Shown here: piece after piece, positions 20,494 to 32,900 of the stretch
How the letters are laid out: each line of letters opens with the position of its first letter
Position numbering within the stretch: position 1 is the first letter of the stretch
Assembly (NCBI RefSeq): GCF_000315625.1
Contig: NW_005434630.1
Location: 1-64,000, forward strand
DNA from: Guillardia theta CCMP2712
Taxonomy: Eukaryota > Protista > Cryptophyta
Direction of reading: 5' to 3'
DNA length: 64,000 nucleotides
Program-made: the position numbers and the translations under genes
The notes under the pieces: model-generated
The model's input: the letters and a program-made list of their open reading frames with translations, nothing else
The model's database searches: none
Told to the model about the DNA's origin: nothing

Positions 20494-23033
20494 TCAAGAA
20501 CTAGCCGCGGCAGCTGATGCATTTACCGAGTGCTCGTTGAGATATTTCACCATGTACTCCCCTTCTCCTTCCAGGTGGTACCCCAGGCTTGCGTAATACT
20601 GTCTGACACCCACACCGGATATCACGGCTACCTTCCGTTTCCCTGCTTTCCATGCCTAAACCAGCGTCACAGTCTTCACATAATGCACATCGCTCCCGCA
20701 CAAGCCGCTCTGCACGAGCCATCAGTCTTCGCCCGAAGCCAACATGCTGCGGCCTGATGAGATTGTCGTCCTCGTAGGTGGGGACAAGAACTCCATAACT
20801 GCAAATCGTGTGAAGAGTAGACAGACTTAGAGGGGTAAAACGACTAACGACTTACACATGTAATTCTCGAATCAAGGCAGCGTCCAAAAGTTCAGGAAAT
20901 ATGGTGGATGTGGAATCTCCGTTGATTCTCAACCTGACAAGCGACATTGACATCTGTTTGATTCGTCTGTTCTATCGACCTTACAAATCCCAGCAAAGTT
21001 TCAAAGTTTGGAGTCTCAAAGCTGATGAATGTTTCCAAGCCACCGGACGAAAAGTGAGTCCTCTCAACGAGGACGGCTTCCTTCAAATCCACCACCTTGT
21101 TCAAGACTTATTTGTAATGCAACACAACCAAAGTCAGTTCGATACTGAATTTTTGATCTCTCGGCATCGAATGCATCTGCAACTTAATCCTTGTTGTCTC
21201 ATTTTTGATGAAATGATTTGTCTCAAATTTGTCTTGTTATTTCCTGAAAAAGCGTTCATTCTAGTCTTTTAGAAAACCCAATCACCTCCCAGAATACTCT
21301 GATTCGGGATGTCTCGAGGGATGCGATTGATCCGCTTCCACTCTTGAATATGCTGCTTGAACCATATTAACAGCTCTACAAGCTCTGTCCCATCATTTCT
21401 ATCCGCATACGGCTTGTACAGTCCCTCGTGATACCATTGTGCAATCTTAGTAAACGGCGTCACTGTTGTAGGATAAATTTTGTAGTAGTCGGCATCCATG
21501 TCGGGATCAAACAAAGCCTTTTCAAGCATTTCTCTGTCGATTTGGGGACTGGCTCCTAAATGAGAAATAAATAATGTCCCATCAAACAAGTGAATTTCAC
21601 CAGGGAGATCAGGCATCAGATGGATATCCACTTTGAAGCAGTTATCTTTCAAAAGCTTGATCGCCTTCATTCCTTGCGCATGCGTGCATTTTCGATTGAC
21701 GATCTCTAAGATCGTGTCGTTCGTGTGCTGCAAGCCCACCTGGACTCTGGTACATCCATAGCTGCGAAAACGTCGAATCTCTGCTCTTGTGATGAAATCT
21801 GGTCTCGTTTCCAAAGTGATCCCGATGACTTTGTATCTATGAAAACTATCAGATTGATTACCCCAATGCAAGATTACCTTGCGCCTTCATTAATCTTCTG
21901 TTCTTCTTTGATCTCCAATGGAAGTCTCCTCTCTTGTGGTGGATCATCAAGAGTATTTGCAGCATAATAGATATCCTTGAACTGAAAATCAAGCACAAGA
22001 CTCTCACAGAATTCAAGTACGCGAATGAAATTCTTTTGATAATCTTCAGGGTAAAATGACCAGGTACCACCAAGGACTAAGACTTCAATCTTGTCCACCT
22101 TATGACCTATGTCTGTGCATTTGTCATTACTGTGAACGGGGAATTGCAATGCTGTGCCCACTTCGAAGGCAAGACACACGGTCGCGAAACTGCTCTACAC
22201 AGTCCCAATTGTTTGCCATACCCTACAAGGTGCAGGAGACAAAGAAATCACTGGAAGTCATCGTGTTCGGAGAAACTTTACCCGTTTGCATCCCGGCTCT
22301 GTTGAGAGATAGCTGCGAGGAAGCAACTGCGTACCGTTCTCGTCGACCTCGTTGGGGCAATAATGGCAGTCCATTGGACATGAGAAGGGACCAGGCGCCG
22401 TGAAGAGAGTGACGACTAGCACCTGCAAGTATAATCACAAGAAAAGCGAGGAAGACGCGTGTCTCTGACTCACTCCAGACCATGATCGACAGCTCTTCCT
22501 GATCAGCAAACTACTGAAGGAGTGATCCGCCTCAACGACTCCCCTTTGTACAAGATCATTGTATGCTTTCACAAGAGAACTGCAGAGTGTTCAAGTCATG
22601 TCGGTGTATGAATGCTGGGACATCAATGCCTGATTGGAGGCATGATCTTGTACTTCTTGCTCAACTGATGCCTGGAAGTATCCAACAAACTTCTGCCTGC
22701 CTTGTGATCGAGTCCCGTCCAATTCGTCGAGATCAGAAGATCGTGCAAGAATCTGCAAGGTAAATAGTCAGTAGGCGAGAAAATTCAGAAAAGCAACTTC
22801 CTCAGTGTGATATTGGATGTTTCTGTCTGTTCGTGAACTGTTTCTTCAGTCAACCTTGCATGACTCTGGATCTTGTGCGCCCCCTTCAGACCCGTGCTCA
22901 AAAGCGCTGATTCCATCACGGAGGCTGCAGTGTGAGGCGAGGCTTCTCTCTCGCAGCTTCCATCGCAGGTCGACAAGAACAAGGTCGCGAATAGCAGCAG
23001 CAGCATCCCTGTCGTCGCTTCCCTGCCCTGCAT
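20494..23033 (-). CDS. ELP3: ELP3-family radical-SAM/GNAT tRNA wobble-uridine acetyltransferase with N-terminal hydrophobic leader
   Basis: Spliced motifs RSWSGVLVVTLFT, CPMDCHYCP (CxxxCxxC), KIEVLVLGGTWS, IGITLETRPD, GCTRVQVGLQH, IHLMPDLPG, KIYPT, RINRIPRDIP, QHVGFGRRLM and AVISGVGVRQYY.LGY. Confidence 0.92.
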
Positions 23034-23157
23034 TTTGATGGGATAAAAATGTTCTTTGAAGCCTGCCTCACGATCTACATAGGGAATAGAGGAAGACCAG
23101 CAAAGTTTTCTACTCCCTGTAGGTGCATTTGCTTCGCTCAAGAATTGAGCGCCAGGC

Positions 23158-23993
23158 ATGCCAACGACACTGAGTGACCAAGTGATGGACAAGTGGAAGA
23201 CATTTCGGAAGATGAACTCAGACTCGTCCGCCATGACCAGTATTTCCTCCATCTGCCTCAACATCTGTCCCGCTGACGCTTCTGTTATGTCCGAACTCTG
23301 ATGCAACAGTGAAGATGGGACCAGACGAAGAAACTATCATTATGGACGGTGACATATTAGAGATCACGCCGGAGGTAAAGTCTGCGAACACTGCCGCTTT
23401 CTCAAGCATGTGCGACTAGGAACTTGCGGAAGACATGTCTGAAAGCTCTCCCCGATGGATTCTGTGGAGGTTTTGCTTGTGCACGAAAGGACAGAAATGA
23501 CAATTGTTAGCATGAAGATCAGCAGGGACGATGGTAGGATTCAGCAACCTCTGATTCTTGTCTTTTTCTCTCCAATTTCCTGCAACACGAAGTTAAGAAT
23601 GCTCTACTCGAGGTTGATGCGCTTGTTGTTGCCATCTTGTGACCAACTGAAAATTGCAAAGTCGAACAAGCTTACTCGCGGAAGCCTTGAAGGTAATGTT
23701 GGGATTTGCCTACCCCCGCCAACTTGGTTGATGAAGAAATTCTCAGATCTCAAGAGTCCATGAGATACAAGATTTGGATGACATGACGTGAGTCCCTTTG
23801 GCTGAACTGATTTACAATCCAAATGGAAGATGGCTACTTGATATCGCTCTTGATGATTCTTGCAGGATTGACAACCTGAAGAGTTTACATATCAACTCTG
23901 TCACAAGATGATGACACAGAGAAGCTGCGCAGTAAATCAGCGTCTAGTCTTTTATCAAGATGGATCTAGAAATGGGGATCAGAGTCTTGTGTG
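23158..23993 (+). CDS. Glia maturation factor-like ADF-H/cofilin-domain protein (multi-exon; 3' end approximate)
   Basis: Spliced translation MPTTLSDQVMDKWKTFRKM...ELAEDMSESSPRWILW.MKISRDDGRIQQPLILVFFSPISCNTKLRMLYS resembles the GMF motif DDGRxSYPLxFIFxSP. Confidence 0.75.
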
Positions 23994-24750
23994 AGAATGT
24001 TCATGAATCCGATTAAATTTCAATGGCAATTGGCTGTTTACACATGAGAACGTCTATCTAGTCAATTGAACCGATTGACAAACTATGAACAAACATTGTA
24101 TGATGCAATCATGGAGTTTTAGTAGAATTCGATGAAGAAGACAAAGTTTTTGATTGGTTGTTTGTTGTGAGCAACACCTTCCAATGAAAATGAGCAGGAT
24201 TTATTACATCAAGTTTGACGTGAGATTAGTTCCTATTCGCCAGCCGGTAGACAAGGAAGTCCAGAGCCCATCCCTTGCGAAACCTTACATGATAGTGTTA
24301 TCACACCAGCGGAATGCAATAAAGTAGAATTGACTCACATCACATACAGACATGCAATGTGCAGCGCTACTGCGAGCTTGCGATACAGTACAATTCTTCA
24401 ACACATCTCCCCTGCAAAGAGTGTACGATCAAGCGATGCGGGAAAATTGGAAAGTTGGATAAAAAGGGAACTGGAAATATCAGCGCCATTTTGAGTATTA
24501 ATATAAGGACAATTTGAGATGCAGTGGAATATCTGGTCAACATGTTTGCACTTTGCACTCACGGGCTGGGGATGATAGAAGGCTCGGTTATCTCATTCTT
24601 CTGAGCTAATCCGGAAAGGATTCCGAACATTTCGCGAACACTTACTCTATTTCGGGACAAATGATTTTTTTTTAGTGAGGCTTTCAAAAACAGACTCCCT
24701 CCCTCTCCGAGAGGTCAGTGAGAGGCTTTGGGTGAACGGTGAACTTTTAT

Positions 24751-26409
24751 TTATCGTGTATCCTTGGCAGTCTTTTGCGGGCTCATCGCAAACTTCTCGA
24801 ACAGAAAGAACGTCATCTTGCCGCGGCCGTATCTGCTCAGATATGTCAACTTGAAATAGACCAAGGCGTTCGTAGGAATACTCTCGGACGATCTTGTGCC
24901 GAAGAACCCAGGATTCCTTATCCAAGTCCTGGTGGTTTCACGTGGTTAGAGGGTTTGCGAGAGTGAGAGCAATACAAAATTACCAGTGGACGCGTCATGG
25001 TAATTGCACGTGCTCCCACTCGTAGCTTTTCCATTCTTTTTATCAATGTATCGTTCATCTCATCTGTCCAGCAAGTGTTTGCTGCAAACACGACATCTCC
25101 TCTCGACCACCAATCGAACGCCATTGCGTCGTCCAATTTAAAGCTAATTTCTTGTCCAAACCATCATACCAGAAAACAAAGCGATTCAAAATCTTACTTC
25201 CGATCTCGGTTGCCGCGAAGGTGGTCTTCCTTTCTGCAACCATAGTCCAGAAGGACTGCTGAAGGCGAAGGGCAGCCTTATGCAACGGTTCAACAAATTC
25301 AATCCCAATGGATTCTGAAAATGGAAACAGTGAAGCAGCAAGCAAAACCTATCATATCAAAATGTGAGTAAAATCACTCTCAGTGCGAAGGCTTTGATAC
25401 CGCCTTGCCTGTCCCAGAACCGAGGTCTACAAATATTTCGCCCTCTTTGGGTTGTACCAAACACAAAATCTGAAGAAAAGGTCAGATAGTCCTTTTCATC
25501 GGAAGGTCTCATATTGAGTACATGCAAATCACCTCAGCAAAAGAAGATGGAGAGATTTCGCCATATGTGTGTGAACCAAGATGCTGAATAGCATCTTCTG
25601 GCTTTGTTCCCGCAACCAGCACATGGGTCTCCACCTGATCTATAACTTCCATACCGTCTTTTGGCACAATTCCTTTGGACTGCGCCATACTCTCTTCCTT
25701 CGTATCTCTCAGCGCTTGGACAGACAAGGATAATTGATTGAAAAGTTTGGGACGAGTTTCCTTGGCGATTCGATAACCATCTTCTCCTTGCAATACCGGA
25801 CCCAATTGCTGCAATTTTTCCGATTGCATTTCTGTAAGATTGCTGCGAGAGAGAAAGGTTACATTCTTGAAATGCGTTCGGCAGATTACATTACCTCATG
25901 AGGCGAATGGGTGCGGAACCAAACTTTTCTTGCATGTCGATCCCTTCAACTTTTCTGACCCACTGTAATCCTTGTTCACCCAAGTCAATCAATTGCAGAG
26001 GGGTTCTTTCTCTCTGTCTCTGTTCTAACATTGATTTATCTTTCATTACTTTCAGGATAGATGAGGTCTTCACTGACTTTTCTATTCCCCCTTTTTTCAC
26101 AGTAAGAAATTCAGGTTTTCTTTTCCAATGCCGGCGTAAATTTCTTTCTTGTTCGGCAGTTAATTCAATTCCTTCCACGTTTGCTCTGTCTTCGTCTGTT
26201 GCCTTCAATCTTCCTTTCCTAGAACCTCCCCGCAGGGAGAGGCTCGTCAACATATGTGGTAGATGAAATCCAGACCATATTGTTGGACATATTCTTCGAT
26301 GCATGGCAGCATCACAGCTATTCAACTCGTCTTGGTTTATAGTGACTTTTGCTTGGCACACAAGGTATGTCAGCCAGCAAACGACAATGATTTGCCAGAT
26401 CTGAGACAT
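24751..26409 (-). CDS. DOT1-like class I SAM-dependent methyltransferase with signal-peptide-like leader
   Basis: TYGEISPSSF, IFVDLGSGTGK, SIGIEFVEPLH, DVVFAANTCW and LRVGARAIT motifs across exons. N-terminus MSQIWQIIVVCWLTYLVCQA...LSLRGG. Confidence 0.8.
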
Positions 26410-26937
26410 GATGGGTACAGTATGTTTTGTGACAATCTTTTTGTGACAATATCAGCTTGTAGATCCCAGCCGGAGAGGTCAAGTCCAAAAGCTGGTTTAC
26501 ACCTGCAAAACACGATGATCACAGCACTCCCTCGACTTCCATCAGCCTATCGTCAATCTCTGCCTCTCCCTTCTACATGCGCTCTCCTCGCTCGAGGCAT
26601 TGATGAGTCCCTTCGCCCAGATGTCCCCCGTTGCAATTTCCGTTACTCCGATGTATATCCCGGGCCCGGGCACCGACTTCAGTGATGCGTACTTCTGTCA
26701 ATTCAGATTTTTTTTGCGTACCTCCGAGGGAAAGTTGGCCTAAAGTTAAGATTTTTTCATTTGGTACCCCTTCATGTAAAGTACCCTCACCCCTGTTAGG
26801 TCTAATTCATCACCCCACCCAGACAAATCCATCACCCCACCTACTCTATTGAAATCCTGAAGTAGAAATTTCTGTTCACTACCCCTTGCTTTCACCTCAT
26901 CAGCCACCCTCCCTCCTCCAGGTCAAAGTGCGCGAGC

Positions 26938-29900
26938 ATGGCGGAGGCACGGGGGAGTCCCCACTCGTTGGTGTTGGCAGTGGCGTCTTCTCTTGCCTCA
27001 CCAGTCCTCCTCTATCCGCTGCTGTTGCTTCTCTTTGCTGCATCTCCTTCACCAGTCATGGCAGGTACAGTCATGCCGTGGGTAGACCTGACTCGAAATC
27101 CTCCTCCGAACCTGTATGCCGCCGGCACTTGTGTGGTGAACAATGTCGCGTACGTGTTCGATGGTAGTACGATCTACACGCTCAGCGATCCTCAAGGCAG
27201 CTGGTCCAAGATAACAGCACAGGGATCCACCGGAGCATACGGTCTCTGGGGGTTCAGGATGGTTACAGACAACACTTACCTCTATACGTACGGTTACCAA
27301 GGAGGTAAAACTTTTCGTAAAGCTCGTCTGAATGATGGTGACAAGCTGTACGCAGGCACATCACCCTTGTATCGGTTTCAAATCTCCACATCCACATGGT
27401 CGATCGTCAACGCTACAGGCTCACCTGCATCACAAAGCGCATTTGCAATGGCATACCTGTCTAACAAGATCTACGTCTTTGGCGGTTACAACAGGAACGA
27501 TGGTGAATATCTTATCACATGATGACACTTGTCTCACTCCATGTCATGATCAGAACTGACAAATTACATGAGTCTCTTTGACATTTCTACCTCTACGTGG
27601 TCAACGCTCACGGTCTCGAGCATTCAGCCATCGGCCCGCTATTATGCCCAGATGGTTGCGATAGGAAACTTGTTATACATGTATGGAGGAGCATGTACGC
27701 AGACGCTGCATACATGACGTGGTTGGCTGACTGAGTGTATGTAGATGCGTCTGCAAGCTACGACGACGTCTACACCTTCAGTCCTTTGAACAATACCTGG
27801 ACACTGCTCGATGTTGCGACTGGAAGTCGACCGACAGGAGGAGGAAGTTACTTCTCGATGACAAGTATCGGAAGCTTGATCTACGTCTTTGGAGGCGAGA
27901 GTGAGTTAACCGTCAGACCAGAATGGTGTGGTATGCCTGACATCAAATCGCATCGCAGATAGCAACAACCAAGTGAACACGTTTGATACCTCCAACAAGG
28001 CTTGGACTCTGCTTACAACGAAAGGATCCCAACCTGAAGCAAGATTGTCTGCGGCTTTGTTCCCTTTGAGCAAGAGCTCGAGCACATATCTTGTAGTACA
28101 TGGTGGAATAACAGGCAGTACTAGTGAGTCTCGTGCTTACTTTTACTCACACTAGTGACTTGTGCTTGTAGGTAATCAAGTGCTCAGCAACATCTTGCGA
28201 TGGACTCTGGACCTGACGAGTTCAGAGTGGACAAAGAAAGATGACACTGTGCCTTCAAGTCGCTCTTTCTTTGCAATGTCATCTGTGAGCAAGCTCTATG
28301 TCGTCTCAGGATATGGAGCAGGTTGAACAACACAATGTTGATGATGCCTCGATGTGTTGACCCGATGCACGCAGACAACACCTACAATCCGTACGTGTAC
28401 ACGCCCTCTACCGACTCCTGGCAAGTCAAAAATGTATCAGGGTTCGAGTTTTTGTGGAATCAAAGAGAGAGTGCTGCAATGGTATCAGTAGGAACCAAGA
28501 CTTACTTACACGGGGGGTATAGTAGTCTTCAAACAACGGCTTACAACTACGAAGTCAACGTTCTATTTGGTGAGACTTGATTGAGACGAAGACTCGTGCA
28601 AGGCTGCCTGCACATCTGTTGTTAACCATTCCACCAGGTCAAATGACGATCTTTGACACGGCAGCAGAGGCATGGAGTCATGTCTACTACAGTTCCCTCT
28701 CCACCTCATCGACGTATCCATCTAAGCGATATGGCCATGCAATGACTGCGCTTGGGACTGCGATCTACCTATTCGGCGGTTATGAATACACCTATTCGAG
28801 TGGTGAGTTGGAACGAAGTATTGATAAGCATGCTGTGATGACTTGCGTTTATCAGGTGATGGTCAGCTCAAAAGTGACCTTTACAAGTTTGACACATCTA
28901 GCTACCTGTGGAGTCTGCTGAGTGCAGGCGGGTCGAAGCCTTCAGCCCGATATCGGCATGGGATGGTGGCAGTAAACGGCAAGATCTACTTGTACGGGGG
29001 AGCAGAGAGTCACGACACAAGTGAGAAGATCTAGAGCTGTATCCCATACCTTGATTGAGCTTCTTTATAGATACGACTGCTGACACCAACGTGTACGTGC
29101 TGGACCCAAGCGCGTTGACATGGAGCATCCTGTCGACCGCAGGATCGACTCCCTCTGGACGTCGAATGCACAGCATGGTCTCTATGGGATCGCAGATCTA
29201 CCTCTTCGGAGGAAATGATCCCGCCTCAGGCAAGTCTGGCCGTGAGATGACCTGATTATTTCTGACGAGGTCTCAAGGCAACCTGGCAGACAATAACCTT
29301 TACGAGCTGAATACCTTGACCCAGACATGGAGCATCAAAGCGACTAGTGGCAGTCCAGCTGCACGCTCGGGACACGGCATGGCAAGCTTGGATGGATACT
29401 TGTATATATTTGGAGGTTACGGCTCTGACGGTACAAGGAAGAGAGCTTGACGTACATGGTAGACTAACGTGAGAACAGGGTATGACACCCAAGACTTGTA
29501 CAAGATTCTGATATCAAGTAGCTGCGAAATCGGATACGGATACGTGTCGTCGTCAAGCTGCACGGCCTGTGCCGTAGGATACTACAAGAGCTCAGTCGCC
29601 AACGTGGCATGCGACGCATGCTCAGGCATGACGACGACAGCATCAACAGCAAGCAGCTCGGCCAGCAGCTGCCTATGCAATGCCGGATACACAGGCCCGT
29701 CGGGCGCAACCTGTGCTGCTTGCAGCTCAGGCACATACAAGAGCAGCCTCGGCAGCCAAGCCTGCACCTCCTGTCCTGCCGGCACGTCTACATACGGGAC
29801 AGGAAGCACACAAGCGAGCGACTGTCAGTGTGCGGCAGGGTACGGGTACTCGACGTCGTCATCAAGCTGCACGGCCTGTGCCGTAGGATACTACAAGAGC

Positions 29901-32900
29901 TCAGTCGCCAACGTGGCATGCGACGCATGCTCAGGCATGACGACAACAGCATCAACAGGCAGTAACTCTTCGACTAGCTGCCTATGCAATGCCGGATATG
30001 AGAGTACGGCTTCACTTACCTGCACTGCCTGTGCCGTAGGATACTACAAGAGCTCAGTCGCCAACGTGGCATGCACGACCTGTCCTCTTTACTCCTCAAG
30101 CTCTTCTACCGGCAGTATCTCAGTCAGCTCTTGCACATGCAATGCCGGATACACAGGCCCGTCGGGCGCAACCTGTGCTGCTTGCAGCTCAGGCACATAC
30201 AAGAGCAGCCTCGGCAGCCAAGCCTGCACCTCCTGTCCTGCCGGCACGTCTACATACGGGACAGGAAGCACACAAGCGAGCGACTGTCAGTGTGCGGCAG
30301 GGTACGGGTACTCGACGTCGTCATCAAGCTGCACGGCCTGTGCCGTAGGAAAGTACAAATCTTATACAGGAAATAGCGTGTGCACCGATTGCTCTGCTGG
30401 CAAGTACTCGACGGTCGGAGCGACCGCGTGCTTGACGTGTCGCGCCAACTCCTACAGCGCCGCAGGGAGCTCGCAGTCAGGGTGCGTATGCAACAGCGGC
30501 TACGGAGCGACGACCATCTACGAAGACTGCGTTAAGTGTCCGGCTGGGACGGTGACTGATCTCTCTACTTCTCAATGTGTCACTTGCTCAGAAGGAAAGT
30601 ATGCCGTCGAGTCGACAGGGGAGTGTCAGTCCTGTCCCCTCTTTACCTCGTCCGTTGCTGGTAGTTCGTCGGCGAGCAACTGCACGTGCAATTTGGGATA
30701 CACGCAATCCGGTTCAACCTGTGCTGCTTGCAGCTCAGGCACATACAAGAGCAGCCTCGGCAGCCAAGCCTGCACCTCCTGTCCTGCCGGCACGTCTACG
30801 TACGTTACAGGAAGCACGCAGGTGAGCGACTGTCAGTGCACCGCGGGATATGGATCCAACGCCGCCTCTTCCTCTGGCTGCTCCCCGTGTGCTGCGGGCA
30901 AGTACAAATCTGATTTGGGAAACTTTGTCTGCACCGATTGCTCTGCTGGCAAGTACTCGACGGTCGGAGCGACCGCGTGCTTGACGTGTCGCGCCAACTC
31001 CTACAGCGCCGCAGGGAGCTCGCAGTCAGGGTGCGTATGCAACAGCGGCTACGGAGCGACGACCATCACTGAGGCCTGTCAAGCATGCGCAGCTGGGACG
31101 TACTCGGACTCGACGATGAACGAGTGCGTGACGTGTGCAGCTGGGAAATACTCAGACTCAGCACGATTTGGGTGCGTCAGCTGTCCTGCTTACTCCTCTT
31201 CTTCTGCTGGCAGCTCGTCGGCGAGCAACTGCACGTGCATTGCGGGATATGAGCAGCAAAGCTCCGGGTGTACTGGGTGCGTCATTGGTCACTACAAGCC
31301 GCTTGCAGGGTCATCGCCTTGCACGGCCTGTCCAGCGCACATGACGACACTCTCTGGCGCGTCTACCTCACAGTCGGATTGCGTCTGCGACAAGGGATAC
31401 ACGCTCAACCTCTCTTCCGGTCTGTGTGTCGCTTGTGCTGCTGGGACATACAAGAGCCAGCTTGGCTCAAGCGCCTGCATGACGTGTGGAGTTAACAAGA
31501 CTTCTGTGTCCGCAAGCGTGTCAACCGCTTCCTGTGTATGTCAAGATGGGTATGGCACGACAGGGACAGGAGATGGATGCTCTGCGTGCTCCATAGGAAC
31601 ATACAACCAGCAATGCGCCTCGACCTCCTGTGCTTGTCAGGCGTGTCCTGCAAACTCACTGACTACCCAGACGGGGTCGTTGACGCTTGACAGCTGCTTG
31701 TGCGCCGCAAACTACTATGAGATCCGGTCGTCGTCAGGTCTTGTCTGCAACAAGTGTGCACTTGGGAAGTACAGCTCCATGGGGGCTAAAGTCTGTTCCG
31801 ACTGTAAGATCTGCGAGTACGGTCAAGGAGCTCAAGAATGCTCCGCAGGCGCAGCTTGTGTGGATGTATGTAGCTCCAACCAGTATTACCAGCCCGGAGC
31901 CACCTCCAACTGTCAAACCTGCACGTCATGTGACGGCAAGAAGCTCGTCAGGAACTGCTCGAAGTTTGGTGATGCTGTTTGTGTTCCCAGCACATGCTCG
32001 TTGAGCTGTGACGAGGGAACATACGCGACGTCAGACTGCCCGCAGCAATGTTCGTCTTGCATTCAATGTCCTGCAGGTCAGGTGAGGTACGGGTGCGGGG
32101 GAACAAGCCCTGGCTCCTGCTACACATGCAACCCAGGCTTCTTCACGATTACCAACAACAGCGAATCTTGCAGTGCCTGTGCAGCTGGCAGCTTCTCTGA
32201 CGTGTCCGGAAGTACATCATGCAAGATGTGCGGGCTAGGGAAGTACAGCTCTCAGTCTGTGATAGGATCAAGCACTTGCTACTTGTGTCCTGCTAACTCA
32301 TACACGTCATCATCCGGATCGTCTTCCATCGAGGCTTGTCAGTGCAACGCAGGCTTCGCAGGTCAAGACGGAGGCCCCTGCAATGAGTGCGCAGTTGGCA
32401 CATACAAGAGCAGCCTCGGCAGCCAAGCCTGCACCTCCTGTCCTGCCGGCACGTCTACGTACGTTACAGGAAGCACGCAGGTGAGCGACTGTCAGTGCAC
32501 CGCGGGATATGGATCCAACGCCGCCTCTTCCTCTGGCTGCTCCCCGTGTGCTGCGGGCAAGTACAAATCTGATTTGGGAAACTTTGTCTGCACCGATTGC
32601 TCTGCTGGCAAGTACTCGACGGTCGGAGCGACCGCGTGCTTGACGTGTCGCGCCAACTCCTACAGCGCCGCAGGGAGCTCGCAGTCAGGGTGCGTATGCA
32701 ACAGCGGCTACGGAGCGACGACCATCACTGAGGCCTGTCAAGCATGCGCAGCTGGGACGTACTCGGACTCGACGATGAACGAGTGCGTGACGTGTGCAGC
32801 TGGGAAATACTCCGCGTCCATGCAAGGGGCTTGCACAGCTTGTCCTGCGGACATGACTTCAGCAGCAGGTGCGATCAGCGAGTCTGAGTGCCTCTGCTTG

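Noticed and set aside
23034-23306. Longer N-terminal extension of ELP3 suggested by ORF 22785..23306
   Set aside because: It overlaps the GMF-like gene on the opposite strand. The ATG at 23033 or 23006 is more plausible.
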